Shown piece after piece: positions 22,185-33,488 of a DNA stretch of 64,000 nt. This stretch comes from Macrostomum hystrix. Taxonomy: Eukaryota > Animalia > Platyhelminthes. Position numbers and translations under genes: made by a program. How positions within the stretch are numbered: the first letter of the stretch is position 1; each line of letters opens with the position of its first letter. A model generated the notes under the pieces. It did no database searches, had not been told where the DNA came from, and saw only the letters and a program-made list of their open reading frames with translations. Location of the stretch: positions 992,001-1,056,000 of the forward strand of contig CATNEN010000015.1 of assembly GCA_950097015.1 (NCBI GenBank), in the 5' to 3' direction.

Positions 22185-23188
22185 AACTCAAGCGGAGAGC
22201 TGCGCGCAAATTGAATCCGAAAACGTGGTGAGAGGCTCACCTAAAAAGGCTAGCAGGCGGCGGGGGTGGGGGACGGCCCCACCCCACACAGATGCACAGA
22301 GACAGCAAGGGGGCGGGCTGATCACTAAAGCCGGTTTGCACAGGCGCAAGCACCCATGCAAACCAAAGCAATTGGATCCGTCGAATACTTGGATTAATTG
22401 GCACTTGGTTTGGTTCGCACCACACATTTTGTCAAAACAGAATAAAATTTGGTCTAGCCTTTGTTTCTCTGTAGCGTTTCACTAATAAATAAATAAGCAA
22501 TGATTAGAGATTTAGTTGCACACATACAACTAAAGATTTAGTTGCACACATTTAGGTACCGGTATAAACAACTCATTTTTAGCATAATAGAAGAAAGCTA
22601 GTATATTAGAAGACTAGCTCCATTTCGCCCCCCTCTGTGTGGCCTCCTTTAATTTTTTATTGCTTAAAATTGGCAAGCTGAAAATGCATTAGAATAGCCT
22701 ATCTAAAACTGTTTTTCGAATATGTTATCCTCTTAGCAATGAAGTTCAGCTTAATAAAAATATATGTACCAACTCGGGTCCATTTGCCATCTTTGGGCGA
22801 AGAAACGAATAAAATCAGTTAAGCCGTTTAGGAGATATGCGTTTATGAAAACACACAATGATTAGAAATTTAGCATTAGATCGAAGCGTTTCATTTTTAG
22901 TATATTTAAGAAGCTTGAGCCATTTAAAAAATGATATCAGCTGTTTAGATTTTTCCGTCAAATTCGTTATTCGTTTGGTCTTTCCAGTCGAGTCTCATAA
23001 CAGACTTAGGGAGAGAGTTAGGAAGACAGCAAAATGTTTCAATTGGTTAAGCGTATCATTATCTCTGTTCAGGGTCGTGTAATTAATCGTTCTATTGTTT
23101 TCTGCAGGTTTCTTAGGTTGTCCACTTTAAACAGGTTTCTCGCATTTAAAAAACAATTGGGAGATTCGTAACGAAACAGATAGCCAAG

Positions 23189-26100
23189 TTATAGAAAGCT
23201 GATTAGTGTGCCGAGAATGCTCAGAGAGATTAGCACGGATGTGAAGGAGGCCAAGTGAACTCCGCCAGTTGATGAAGTAGACTTCAGGCCTGTCAATCAA
23301 TTAATTACAACCTGTTAGAAGGGCTTTAACTAGCGGCTAAAAACAGGACACCAAACGCACTTACCACCTGTGACCAAATCTTTGAGACTGATGGGACAGC
23401 CAGTGTGAACTCCAGATGAGACATTGCTCAGCCTGTAATTTTGCGGAGATTACAGACTTTGTGTGTGCTCAGCTCACCCCTGCAGCAGGCATTGTCACAG
23501 ACTCAGGGTATGCTCAACTTACCACTGCAGCAGGCATTGTCACAGACTCAGGGTGTGCTCAACTCACCACTGCAACAGGCATTGTCACAGACTCAGGGTG
23601 TGCTCAACTCACCACTGCAGCAGGAATTGTCACAGACTCAGGGTGTGCTCAACTCACCACTGCAGCAGGCATTGTCACAGACTCAGGGTGTGCTCAACTC
23701 ACTACTGCAGCAGGCATTGTCACAGACTCAGGGTGTGCTCAACTCACCACTGCAGCAGCCATTGTTACAGTTCGAGGGTGTGCTCAACTCACCACTGCAG
23801 CAGGCATTGTCACAGACTCAGGGTGTGCTCAACTCACCCAGCGGGCTCAGCAGCAAACAGGCAGGCATGGCTGTCCAGTCGCCAGCTGCAGCTGGGGTCT
23901 CTCAACGCCACACACGAAGAGCAGCTCTTCGCTAAGCCGCATCGCGACATCGGCAGCCAGACGCCGACGCCGGCGTTGTCGGAGACAGCGAAGAGACGGC
24001 CGGACCGAGCCATCAGGCTGTCGATGCGACCGGGGCTGCCAGCAGCTGGTGGAAACAGCTGCAGGGTCTCGATCGCGTATGCCGGAATGTTGCTGGCCGC
24101 ATTCGGGACAAACACCTTGATGAGGCTGCCGGACTCTGCGGGGTAAGGGGAGCAGAAATTCCGAGATGGGATTTGGACGGGGCAGAGTGGGATAATCTGA
24201 GATTGGAATAGAAGAGAAGTTGATTGCTGTATCAGATTGGGATTAGACAGAAGGGAATAAGATGATGGCAGGCAGCAGAAAGGAATGTTTGCCAAGCCAT
24301 CAGCAGCAAGCAGCTGAGGCAAGGGTGTCAGGAAAGCAGATGAGAAGCAGACAGACATTGCAGGCAGTTTTCTCGCTGAGAATCTCAGCGCAGAATCGAA
24401 CCTGTTCCGAAGGCTAGCATGTCGCCTGCAGCATCCGACTCCAGCCAGAGAATCGATGCGATGCCAGCTCCATCAGGCACAGGGTTGAAAGTGAGCACAC
24501 TTTCCGATATGAGTGGCCTAGCCAGGAGGGGAGCAGTGTGCTCAACTCTGAGAAAGCTTATTGGCAGCTGCTTGGCCTCCTCAGTGGTCCAGTTGCAGCG
24601 GGTGGGATTTGACCTGCCGGCGGCCTGCGCGTAGGCGGATCTCGACAGCCTCTTGGCGGTGTAGGACAGCCGGCCTTCCTGCACCAGCTGGATGAACTCG
24701 GAGCTCGAGATCAGCGACTCCGCCTCGGCCAGGTCGAATCGGCAGAGGGCGCGTTGGCTGGCGGCACTGGCTGGCGAGTTCTGCAGCGAGAACAGGCCGT
24801 AGAATGCGCCCGGCTCTGAGGGCCACACCTCCGTGACCAGCTCTGCGGCGGGAACAGCGACAGGGGATGTTTAAGCAATGGGACAACTTTTCGTTGGGTA
24901 GGATTATGAGTGCGTCGCTTACAGCTAGAGGATATTTGGGTAGGATTTCCTCTTTCAGATAGGGGGTATTCAAGTGAAATTTCTCTTGCGGAATTTAATA
25001 TTGATTTCCGCCAATTGTTAAAATGTTTAATTGGCTACTTTCAGCAAACATTTGAGTACGAAACCATCTCAATTTGTGCCATGCGACCGGAAGCTTTATG
25101 TACTCTGCGATCGATAATTTCGTGTTATAGCTGGCATTTTTGCGCGAGCCAATTGTAAGGCCAGGCATAAATTATGCCGGGTAAAAATTATTTAAGCTTC
25201 TGTTTGTGCGCCCACCCCCAGCCTGCCCTTATCTATTTGTCTGGCTGGGGGCTCGGGGGGCCCCCTGCCTTCTCGCTCTCCCTTCCGCCGTGTTCCACTT
25301 CCGCCGCTCCACTCCTAGCGTAGTGAGTTTGCCAGGGTCAGAGAGTGCTGTCCTGTTTACCGGCCGGCATTTCCTAGTGTCCAGAACCTTTTGTGCCACG
25401 CCACCTAGCCTTCTAGTCTCAGATGTCCACCGCCATTTGATCACGCCACGCCTTAGCCACCGGCATCTCAGCCTCTGTTATCCTCCTTCATAATTGTTGC
25501 CCACCTGTCATAAGTCGATGGATGAAGTTATAGCAGCGGTGCAGAAGACCGATATGCACTATTGTATTTTTGTTGCTTCAACTTAACGACGCATGCGTGG
25601 CCGTTTCCCAAGGGGCGGGAACGCTCGAGCGCTTTGGAAGAGGAAAAGCATTTAGGCCACAGACATGTCTGCGTCTGCATTATAAAGCCCTTATACACAA
25701 CACGCCGCAGTGCAAGGAGGGATTCAACCCTATTCTATTGTTACCCACGCTAATAACGAGCGAGCCTGTACTGTATACCTATATCCGCTAACGTCGCCAA
25801 TAATAATATTCGTCATCGCCTACCGTTACGGTCATCGTCTGAGTGCTACCGCTACACACATCTTCGCCGTCTTTGTCGTTAATTATTTCACCTGGGTCCA
25901 CACCGAGAGCGTCACATGTGATACTTAAGTGAATTTTCTCTTTTAGATAGGGGATGCTTTTAACTGCGATTTTCGAATAAGCTCTCCTCATGTGGTAAGG
26001 AGTGCTGACTAAAGTGTCCGAGTGCTGTTCCCACAGTACACTTCAAATACTCGAATCACTGCAGCCTTAGTCAGGCAAAGGATTAGCAGGAAACTGATCC

Positions 26101-27973
26101 CATATCCCATAATGTGCTGTCACCCTAATTGAGTGCCGCATACCCACCCAGATACACGGAAGACGCAGCCGAGAGACCGCGAAAGTCCCCCCCCGCGGCA
26201 TCGCATAGAAAACTGGGCCAGTTGCCGGCCTCGACAGCCAACTGATAGGCAGCCATGGAGACAGAGGCACCAACGAGACATCTGCAAAAGTACATTGTGA
26301 CTGAAAAGCCGGCTGAAAGGATTCGCAGATGGGCAATGAGAGTGGCCAGAAGGGGCAGGAGGGTAAGGGCGAAAATCCACCGAGGAAAAGATAGTCTCTG
26401 GCCGGGCCAAAACTTTGCTGAGGCGTCGGAACCAGACAGGGCTGGCTGGGCAGCGCATGGGGATAAGATCCAAGCGAATTCTAGATCCCATCCCTGGCGC
26501 AGACCAGAGGTAAAAAGTTAAGTTAAGGCGAAACACAATTGTGCCAGCAGACTCTTATGAAGCAACACGAGTGCCAAAAGAGAATGTACTTTTATGCTCT
26601 GCGCATTGCAATGCTGGATCTGTAACTGATCGCGGGGAATTCCTCACCTAGGACATCGTAGTCCACGCTGCCATTCCTGCAGATGAGTCGCATCTTAAAG
26701 AATGACGACATCACGCGAGTTTCCTCCGAAGCCGGCTGAACGCCCGGATCGTTCAGACAGATTCGAGCCAGCCGAGTGAACCGGGGAAGCTGCGGAAGGC
26801 ATGCGACTCACTTCATCAAATCTATGAATAATCTGCGCTTAACATGAGTCACTTCAATTTAAGATAACACCTAATAAGATGCCAAACTGTCAGCAGGTCG
26901 CACCTTAATAATTGCGGACGAACTTCTGAAAGAGTCGCCACTAACGCTGCTGTAGTAGTTGCTAACCTCAAGTGCCTCCTCTGTGAACAATGTATAAAGC
27001 TTCTCGCCCCTCGTTGCCATGGCAACCGGACGCGCCGATCTTGAAATCCAGGGTTCTCGATTTCTGCGGGACTGAAAATCTGCGGTGAGCCAGCCGATGC
27101 GGTCGAACCTCGGCCAGCGCAGCTCGATGATGTCCAGAGTGTCGTGCATCTGCGGATAGCTGCTGATGAAGGCATGCGACTCGTTAAGCCGAATGGACAC
27201 CCGTGGCGGCTCCAGTGGCCAGCTGGGCATCAGAAAACTGGTTAGCAACTGCGGATGGCATTTGACTGCATTGCACTCAGGAATGATAGAAAGAAACCAT
27301 TTTATTCACTCTTGCATAAGCTTGGCTCTACTTACAGCCCAATCTCTTGGACTGTGTGACCATTCAACTTGTTGCCATGGTAACTCAGCGCTGATGTTAA
27401 AAAATTGACAAGTGCCAGAGCCACTTCTAGTCATTCCTGACTGCACTGAACTTGCTGCAGAGGCAGCACAGACAAATGCAGTAGAAGCTGGATTTCCGAG
27501 AAGGTACAAGTACTTCACCTTCATTGGCCACTGTTCTGATCCCACCACTGCCACCACTTCAGGCTCAGATTGCAGATTTGACAGGTTAAGTTGGTAGAGC
27601 TGATTGCTAAAGGAAAATTTATCAAATATGTAGCCATCATTTAATTTGAGTTTTACTGCCAATTGTAAAAGAAACTATTAATTACTTACAGACCACCCAG
27701 GTACACATGGTCATTAGTTGATCCAACAAGCTTGATGGAACCACCTTCTAGTTTTATGAGCTCAAATTGCTCAAGTAAATCTTAAAGATTGTCAAATTGT
27801 TTTGTAATAGCAGCAGTACTATTAAAACAAATACAAAAAATAAACTTCTTACCTGAATATTTATACAAACTGTTGCTACTTATGGGGTAGATAGTAGTAG
27901 AATATCCTGAGGCTGCATTCCAGGTAGATAGCACTGTGGAGCCAAAAAGTACAATTAAAATCGTACAATACAT
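23189..27973 (-). CDS. Semaphorin (signal peptide, Sema, PSI, C-terminal hydrophobic segment), 625 aa, 9 exons
   Basis: Exons 27973-27853, 27780-27690, 27606-27336, 27248-26904, 26789-26648, 24842-24402, 24135-23838, 23432-23365, 23289-23189; phases consistent, 1878 nt. Sema motifs VYLGGLNQLYQLNL, EKLYTLFTEEALE, TRLARICLNDPG..SFFKMRLIC, FYGLFS..ALCRFDL. PSI motif RCGLAKSCSSCVALRDPSCSW..C. Confidence 0.88.
23463..23837. repeat. 45-bp minisatellite (~8 copies) filling semaphorin intron 7
   Basis: Unit CTCACCACTGCAGCAGGCATTGTCACAGACTCAGGGTGTGCTCAA; begins exactly at the minus-strand donor. Confidence 0.95.
25210..26530 (-). mobile_element. Heavily decayed LINE-like remnant in semaphorin intron 5
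   Basis: Minus-strand fragments resemble RT motifs (SPLPSCPFWPLSL..CTFADVSLV, similar to PQG/SP..YADD), with possible RNase H-like sequence downstream. Many stops. Confidence 0.4.
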
Positions 27974-28627
27974 GGCTCATCTAAGTTATGCATGGGCAGT
28001 CACATCTGAAATGAGGTTCTGATTTTACTAAGAAACTCATATTTAGCTACACGGGTCTCTAAATAAATAAGAGAGCAACGAAAGCTGCTGCTATCGATCA
28101 TTTTCCGGCTCAGTGAAGGATTCGCTTCCTATTCATCGATTCCTACCATAGACAAATTTTCCACTTCCAAAAAATAGGAGGATTCTAGATCTTCGGCTTA
28201 AGCCGTGGTAACACGCTTTGGGATAGCATATGGTACGGGCAAGCACTTATCGAGGGCACTGGGGAGCTGGGGCCATAGATAACTACAAGAATTGGAAAAC
28301 AACACGAAAAAATATACCTTTTCAACTTCGGATTCGTCAAAAGTGAGTTCGAATTCGTCAGCCTATATAAAACTATAGAGCGCTCAAGGGAATGAGAAGG
28401 GTGTCTATGGTAATTTCTTTCGAGAAAGTGACTTCGAATTCGTCAAAGTAAGTGAAATTCGTCAGTGCAAAAGCAGCCTGATCAGAAAGTGTCTTCGCTT
28501 CGTCTATGGCAAGAAAGCCCAGTGTAAATTTAAGCGAGAAAGTGAGTGAAATTCGTCAATGTAAAATAAGTCAGCAATCTTTCATTACTCAGCAAAGCTT
28601 GTGGCAGACTTTCCTGCTGCTTCTGTC

Positions 28628-28800
28628 GTGACAACGCAGGCTTGGGGCATTGGTTCTCTGCTGCTTAGGGCATTGGTTCTCTGCTGCTTGGGGCATTGGT
28701 TCTCTGCTGCTTGGGGCATTGGTTCTCTGCTGCTTGGGGCATTGGTTCTCTGCTGCTTAGGGCATTGGTTCTCTGCTGCTTGGGGCATTGGTTCTCTGCT
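28628..28800. repeat. 23-bp minisatellite (~7 copies)
   Basis: Unit GCTTGGGGCATTGGTTCTCTGCT. Confidence 0.9.
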
Positions 28801-28809
28801 TCACCGGCA

Positions 28810-29440
28810 TAAACTCTACAGTTTTCCGTTAACGGTAGTAACAGTAGGCGCCGGCATAAACCCTGCGCCCTGGAACTGATCAATCAAAATATCCACGGAG
28901 CAGAAATCGTCCTCCACTCGGACAGCCAGGCGGCGATCCATGCCCTTGGACGCACGCACACCTGCTCGCGCACAGTCCTCGACTGCGTCGCGCAACTTAA
29001 CTGCTTAGGGACCCATAACAAGGTGTTCCAGATTCCAGGGCACTCTGGCCACCCCGGTAACGAATTGGCCGACAGTCTAATTTTCCGAATTGGCCGGTTC
29101 GATGGGTTCGCTTTTTGGCCTGCGGTCTCCACCCCTACCGCCGTAGTCAACACTCGGATTAACCAGTGGGTGGCCTCCAAGCACAAGGACATATGGATCA
29201 ATACCGCCGATTGTCGGCAGTCTCGTGGTGCTGTTCCGTCCATCCACTGCCCTCCGCAAAGCCCTGCTTGGACTTAACCGCAGGGACGTTTTCAGGCCTG
29301 AGAACATCTGCCAGCTCATCCGTTACCTAAGGGCCACCTGACGAGCGACTCTCCATCTCCTGGACTCTCCGGAGGAGGACCGCGCTGTGGACGCTGGCAT
29401 CACCGGATCCCCCTGCGCGACACTTTAGTTGCCCGCAGTC
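28810..29440 (+). mobile_element. Non-LTR retrotransposon (RNase H-bearing LINE) 3' fragment
   Basis: [68 protein letters not shown]: RNase H motifs SDSQ and PGH-GNE-AD. Confidence 0.8.
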
Positions 29441-29489
29441 GCCAGGGGCTAGCGGAATGGGCGGCTGGATGAGGAATGGAAGCTCAGGG

Positions 29490-29989
29490 TCAGTAATGAG
29501 GGCTCGGGCAGTTAAGGGTCAGTGGATGAGGGGTCAGGCAGTTAAGGGTCAGTGGATGAGGGGTCAGGCAGTTAAGGGTCAGTGGATGAGGGGTCAGGCA
29601 GTTAAGGGTCAGTGGATGAGGGGTCAGGCAGTTAAGTGTCAGTGGATGAGGGGTCAGGCAGTTAAGGGTCAGTGGATGAGGGGTCAGGCAGTTAAGGGTC
29701 ATTGGATGAGGGGTCAGGCAGTTAAAGGTCAGTGGATGAGGGGTCAGGCAGTTAAGAACTAGTCAGTGGATGAGGGGTCAGGCAGTTAAGAGTCAGTGGA
29801 TGAGGGTCAGGCAGTTAAGAGTCAGTGGATGAGGGGTCAGGCAGTTAAAGGTCAGTGGATGAGGGGTCAGGCAGTTAAAGGTCAGTGGATAAGGGGTCAG
29901 GCAGTTAAGGGTCAGTGGATGAGGGGTCAGGCAGTTAAGGGTCAGTGGATGAGGGGTCAGGCAGTTAAGGGTCAGTGGATGAGGGGTCA
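29490..29989. repeat. 30-bp minisatellite (copy 2)
   Basis: Same unit and same variant order (AAGTGTC, GTCATTGG, AAGAACTAG) as about 15500-16188. Confidence 0.95.
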
Positions 29990-30031
29990 GGACAGGCCAT
30001 TACAGCCAGCTATCCCTTACCCGCATTTCAG

Positions 30032-30149
30032 CGCGGAGTCACTGTCAGGCCGCATCAAGGAGCGAATTGGTGAGAACCAGCGTCAACCGCTCACCTCGGC
30101 CTACGATGCCAGCCTGCGGTTTTTGAACTCACTCTGTGCTCAGCGCTGA
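30032..30149 (+). other. Duplicated KNL1 terminal exon with acceptor and 3' flank
   Basis: Matches 16231-16348 at an offset of 13,801 bp; similarity continues through the 3' flank into the 24-bp array. Confidence 0.92.
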
Positions 30150-30668
30150 GTGATGTCTCTCTGCAGTCAGTAGAATCGATACTAGCAAGGATAGTTTGAT
30201 TATATAGTTCTAATCTTGCACCCTAGTCTGTCAGTTTCATGTCAGTCACAGAAAGTGTAACTTTGAGTGCAGCTCAAAGTGGACAGCATTTGTTTTACTT
30301 CTCTCAGCTATTCTGAAAAAATCAAATCTACTTTTTTCCCAGAATTTTAATCGAATCACTTTAAAAATGGCATTTGTAAAAAGGTTTTGTAGCTTTTTGC
30401 TTTAATTGTAAATTTTCATTCTTCATAAAATAAAATTGTCTCGGCTCATTGCCGACTTTATTTTTAATTCTTTGCTATTACAAACGTACTACTCGCTGCA
30501 GTAGTGCAGTTACAATTCATATTTAGCTAAGGGAATTTGGAGTGACTATATGTTTATCAGTCTTATCGAATACAAAGTAAACATCATGATGAAAGATCAC
30601 TTTATTAAAATAGATATTCCATACATTTTATTAAAGCATACTTCCATCCTTCAGTACCTGTTGGTCTC

Positions 30669-31490
30669 GTGGTGATTCTAGCTGTGGTTCTTACTGCGAT
30701 TCCAGCTCTGGTACTTACTGCGATTCCAGCTGTGGTTCTTTCTGCGATTCCAGCTGTGGTTTTTGCTGCGATTCCAGCTGTGGTTCTTTCTGCGATTCCA
30801 GCTGTGGTTCTTTCTGCGATTCCAGCTGTGGTTTTTGCTGCGATTCCAGCTGTGGTTCTTTCTGCGATTCCAGCTGTGGTTCTTTCTGCGATTCCAGCTA
30901 TGATTCTTACTGCGATTCCAGCTGTGGTTCTTTCTGCGATTCCAGCTGTGGTTCTTTCTGCGATTCCAGCTGTGGTTCTTTCTGCGATTCCAGCCGTGGT
31001 TCTTTCTGCGATTCCAGCTGTGATTCTTTCTGCGATTCCAGCTGTGGTTCTTTCTGCGATTCCAGCTATGGTTCTTTCTGCGATTCCAGCTGTGGTTCTT
31101 TCTGCGATTCCAGCTGTGGTTCTTTCTGCGATTCCAGCTGTGGTTCTTTCTGCGATTCCAGCTCTGGTACTTACTGCAATTCCAGCTGTGGTTCTTTCTG
31201 CGATTCCAGCTCTGGTACTTATTGCGATTCCAGCTGTGGTGCTTTCTGCGATTCCAGCTGTGGTTTTTGCTGCGATTTCAGCTGTGGTTTTTGCTGCGAT
31301 TCCAGCTGTGGTTCTTTCTGCGATTCCAGCTGTGGTTCTTTCTGCGATTCCAGCTCTGGTTCTTTCTGCGATTCCAGCTGTGGTTCTTTCTGCGATTCCA
31401 GCTGTGGTTCTTTCTGCGATTCTAGCTGTCGTACTTACTGCGATTCCAGCTGTGGTTCTTTCTGCAATTCCAGCTGTGGTTCTTTCTTTG
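30669..31490. repeat. 24-bp minisatellite (copy 2, ~34 units)
   Basis: Same unit as 16868-17290; source of the AIPAVVLS ORF. Confidence 0.95.
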
Positions 31491-32194
31491 TGGTTATTAT
31501 AGCTAGTCTAAAGAATTCTCTTCTTCAACTCCAGCTGTGATTCCTATCGTGATTTCGCATCAGCATTACATTAATTTGTACAGTATCCAGACATAAAAAT
31601 TGGCAACATTTTTTTGTTTGAGCCGTTTTAGAATAAGCAACAAGTTATTTTGGATTGACAGTGACTCATCCTGCGAAAGATGATTTTTTGCAGACTATTC
31701 GTGAAGCAATTTTTACCGCCTAAATGCTGCCGGGGCCCAGGCATTGTCTCACAGATGCAGCACTAATTACCGCCTGGCACGGCTTATTTTTAGCCCGAGT
31801 CGGTGCGAGGCCGGGCTATGGGCCTGCCCGGATACCTAAAGAGAGCCTTTCAAAGCCGCCATGGAAGACAGTTGCTGCTGCTTGCGAATGATCATATTCT
31901 GCCGTTGCTGCGTTTGTGATTATTTTTAGCGGGCTGTTGCTGTCTCTCTCGGTGCTGGCGTCTATTCTGGCATCTGGCCTGGCCTCGTATTAAATGCGCC
32001 TGTTTACACTGAGTGAGCCGCGCGGTGTCAAGGAAGTGGAACTTGCCTGCTTCAGCAAGTCGTGGAGTCTTTAATTAGTGGTTTGATTTCGACGCGCGTT
32101 TCTAAGACTATCAGATCAGTCCGATTTTAGACTGTTAATACTCGATAAACTATCTAGTCCAAGTCAGAAACTAAGCTAGAATCTGAGAACCACT

Positions 32195-32508
32195 TCTTGG
32201 AATCTGAGCGAAAGCTGATGCTAGAATCGAACCAAAAGCCGGTTCTTAGAATCTGAGCAAAAGCTGATGCTGGAATCGAACCAAAAGCCGGTTCTTAGAA
32301 TCTGAGCAAAAGCTGATGCTGGAATCGAACCAAAAGCCGGTTCTTAGAATCTGAGCAAAAGCTGATGCTGGAATCGAACCAAAAGCCGGTTCTTAGAATC
32401 TGAGCAAAAGCTGATGCTAGAATCGAACCAAAAGCCGGTTCTTAGAATCTGAGCAAAAGCTGATGCTAGAATCGAACCAAAAGCCGGTTCTTAGAATCTG
32501 AGCAAAAG
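32195..32508. repeat. 49-bp minisatellite (~6 copies)
   Basis: Unit TTCTTAGAATCTGAGCAAAAGCTGATGCTGGAATCGAACCAAAAGCCGG. Confidence 0.93.
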
Positions 32509-32571
32509 GTGTTGCTGGTATCGCAGCTAAAAACGAAGGTATAAGCATTGAAAATGGCTGCAAATGACGCA

Positions 32572-32912
32572 ATTTCGATGGCAAAACTGGTCAAGCCCCG
32601 ATTTCGACGGCGGCAAAACTGTTCAAGCCCCGATTTCGACGGCGGCAAAACTGGTCAAGCCCCGATTTCGACGGCGGCAAAACTGGTCAAGCCCCGATTT
32701 CGACGGTGGCAAAACTGGTCAAGCCCCGATTTCGACGGAAAAACTGGTCAAGCCCCGATTTCGACGGAAAAACTGGTCAAGCCCCGATTTCGACGGAAAA
32801 ACTGGTCAAGCCCCGATTTCGACGGAAAAACTGGTCAAGCCCCGATTTCGACGGAAAAACTGGTCAAGCCCCGATTTCGACGGAAAAACTGGTCAAGCCC
32901 GAATTTCGACGG
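32572..32912. repeat. 29/32-bp minisatellite (~11 copies)
   Basis: Unit AAAACTGGTCAAGCCCCGATTTCGACGG(A/CGGC). Confidence 0.93.
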
Positions 32913-33186
32913 CGGCATTATTCAATTCGAGCTCAGCATTTCGCGTAATGAATAATTGAAACCCGCTGCACAATGATCCGAGCGGTATCTGTGGGAGAAT
33001 GAATGCGGCAGGAAATTGCAGTCGGCTTGAGACCCCTTGGCATCTCCCCCAGCAGTCCAGAGCTCTGGCCAGGCGTGATTGAGGACAATCGGATGTGATG
33101 GCATTTCGTGCAGCCCCTCCGCAATGCTCCAAGAATACTTGGACACGCTTAGCGAGCTTCTAAGGATGGCGTTTCGGGCACTTAGC

Positions 33187-33480
33187 TCAGGAAAACCCGC
33201 ACAAGGGAAAGCTGAGCGGGATGAGCTGCCGGGCTGTCTGATGCTCTGTTCTCAGGGCATGTAAGATTCTATCAATCTTAATTTTGTGCCGGCGAATCGG
33301 CCAGTTTTCGTCGTTTCCTGTTCGGAGTTTTCGGAAGTGGAACTCCATTTGGAGAACTTGCCGTGCTTCGATTTGAGAATCCATTGTCCCCAGAAACCGC
33401 CGAATCCTTTCATGAGAATCTGCCCAAACACATTCTGAGAATCGCTTGAAGCTCGCCGTGTTAATCTCTTGAGTTACATT
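33187..33480 (-). CDS. Possible exon of an unidentified minus-strand gene
   Basis: Non-repetitive ~100-aa frame (EINTASFKRFSECVWADSHERIRRFL..) between arrays; no family recognised and splice sites not established. Confidence 0.25.
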   Translation of the reverse strand, partial: NVTQEINTASFKRFSECVWADSHERIRRFLGTMDSQIEARQVLQMEFHFRKLRTGNDENWPIRRHKIKIDRILHALRTEHQTARQLIPLSFPLCGFS

Positions 33481-33488
33481 GCAATAGT

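Larger units (their letters stand above)
18660..22495 (-). mobile_element. DIRS-order, Ngaro-like tyrosine-recombinase retrotransposon (defective)
   Basis: Order gag, RT/RNase H, YR on the minus strand, with RT/RH and YR ORFs overlapping (19384-19493). No methyltransferase ORF seen. The ends are approximate. Confidence 0.9.

Noticed and set aside
30669-31502. 277-aa hydrophobic AIPAVVLS ORF (also 16868-17398)
   Set aside because: Translation of a 24-bp array; the two copies differ in length and ending.
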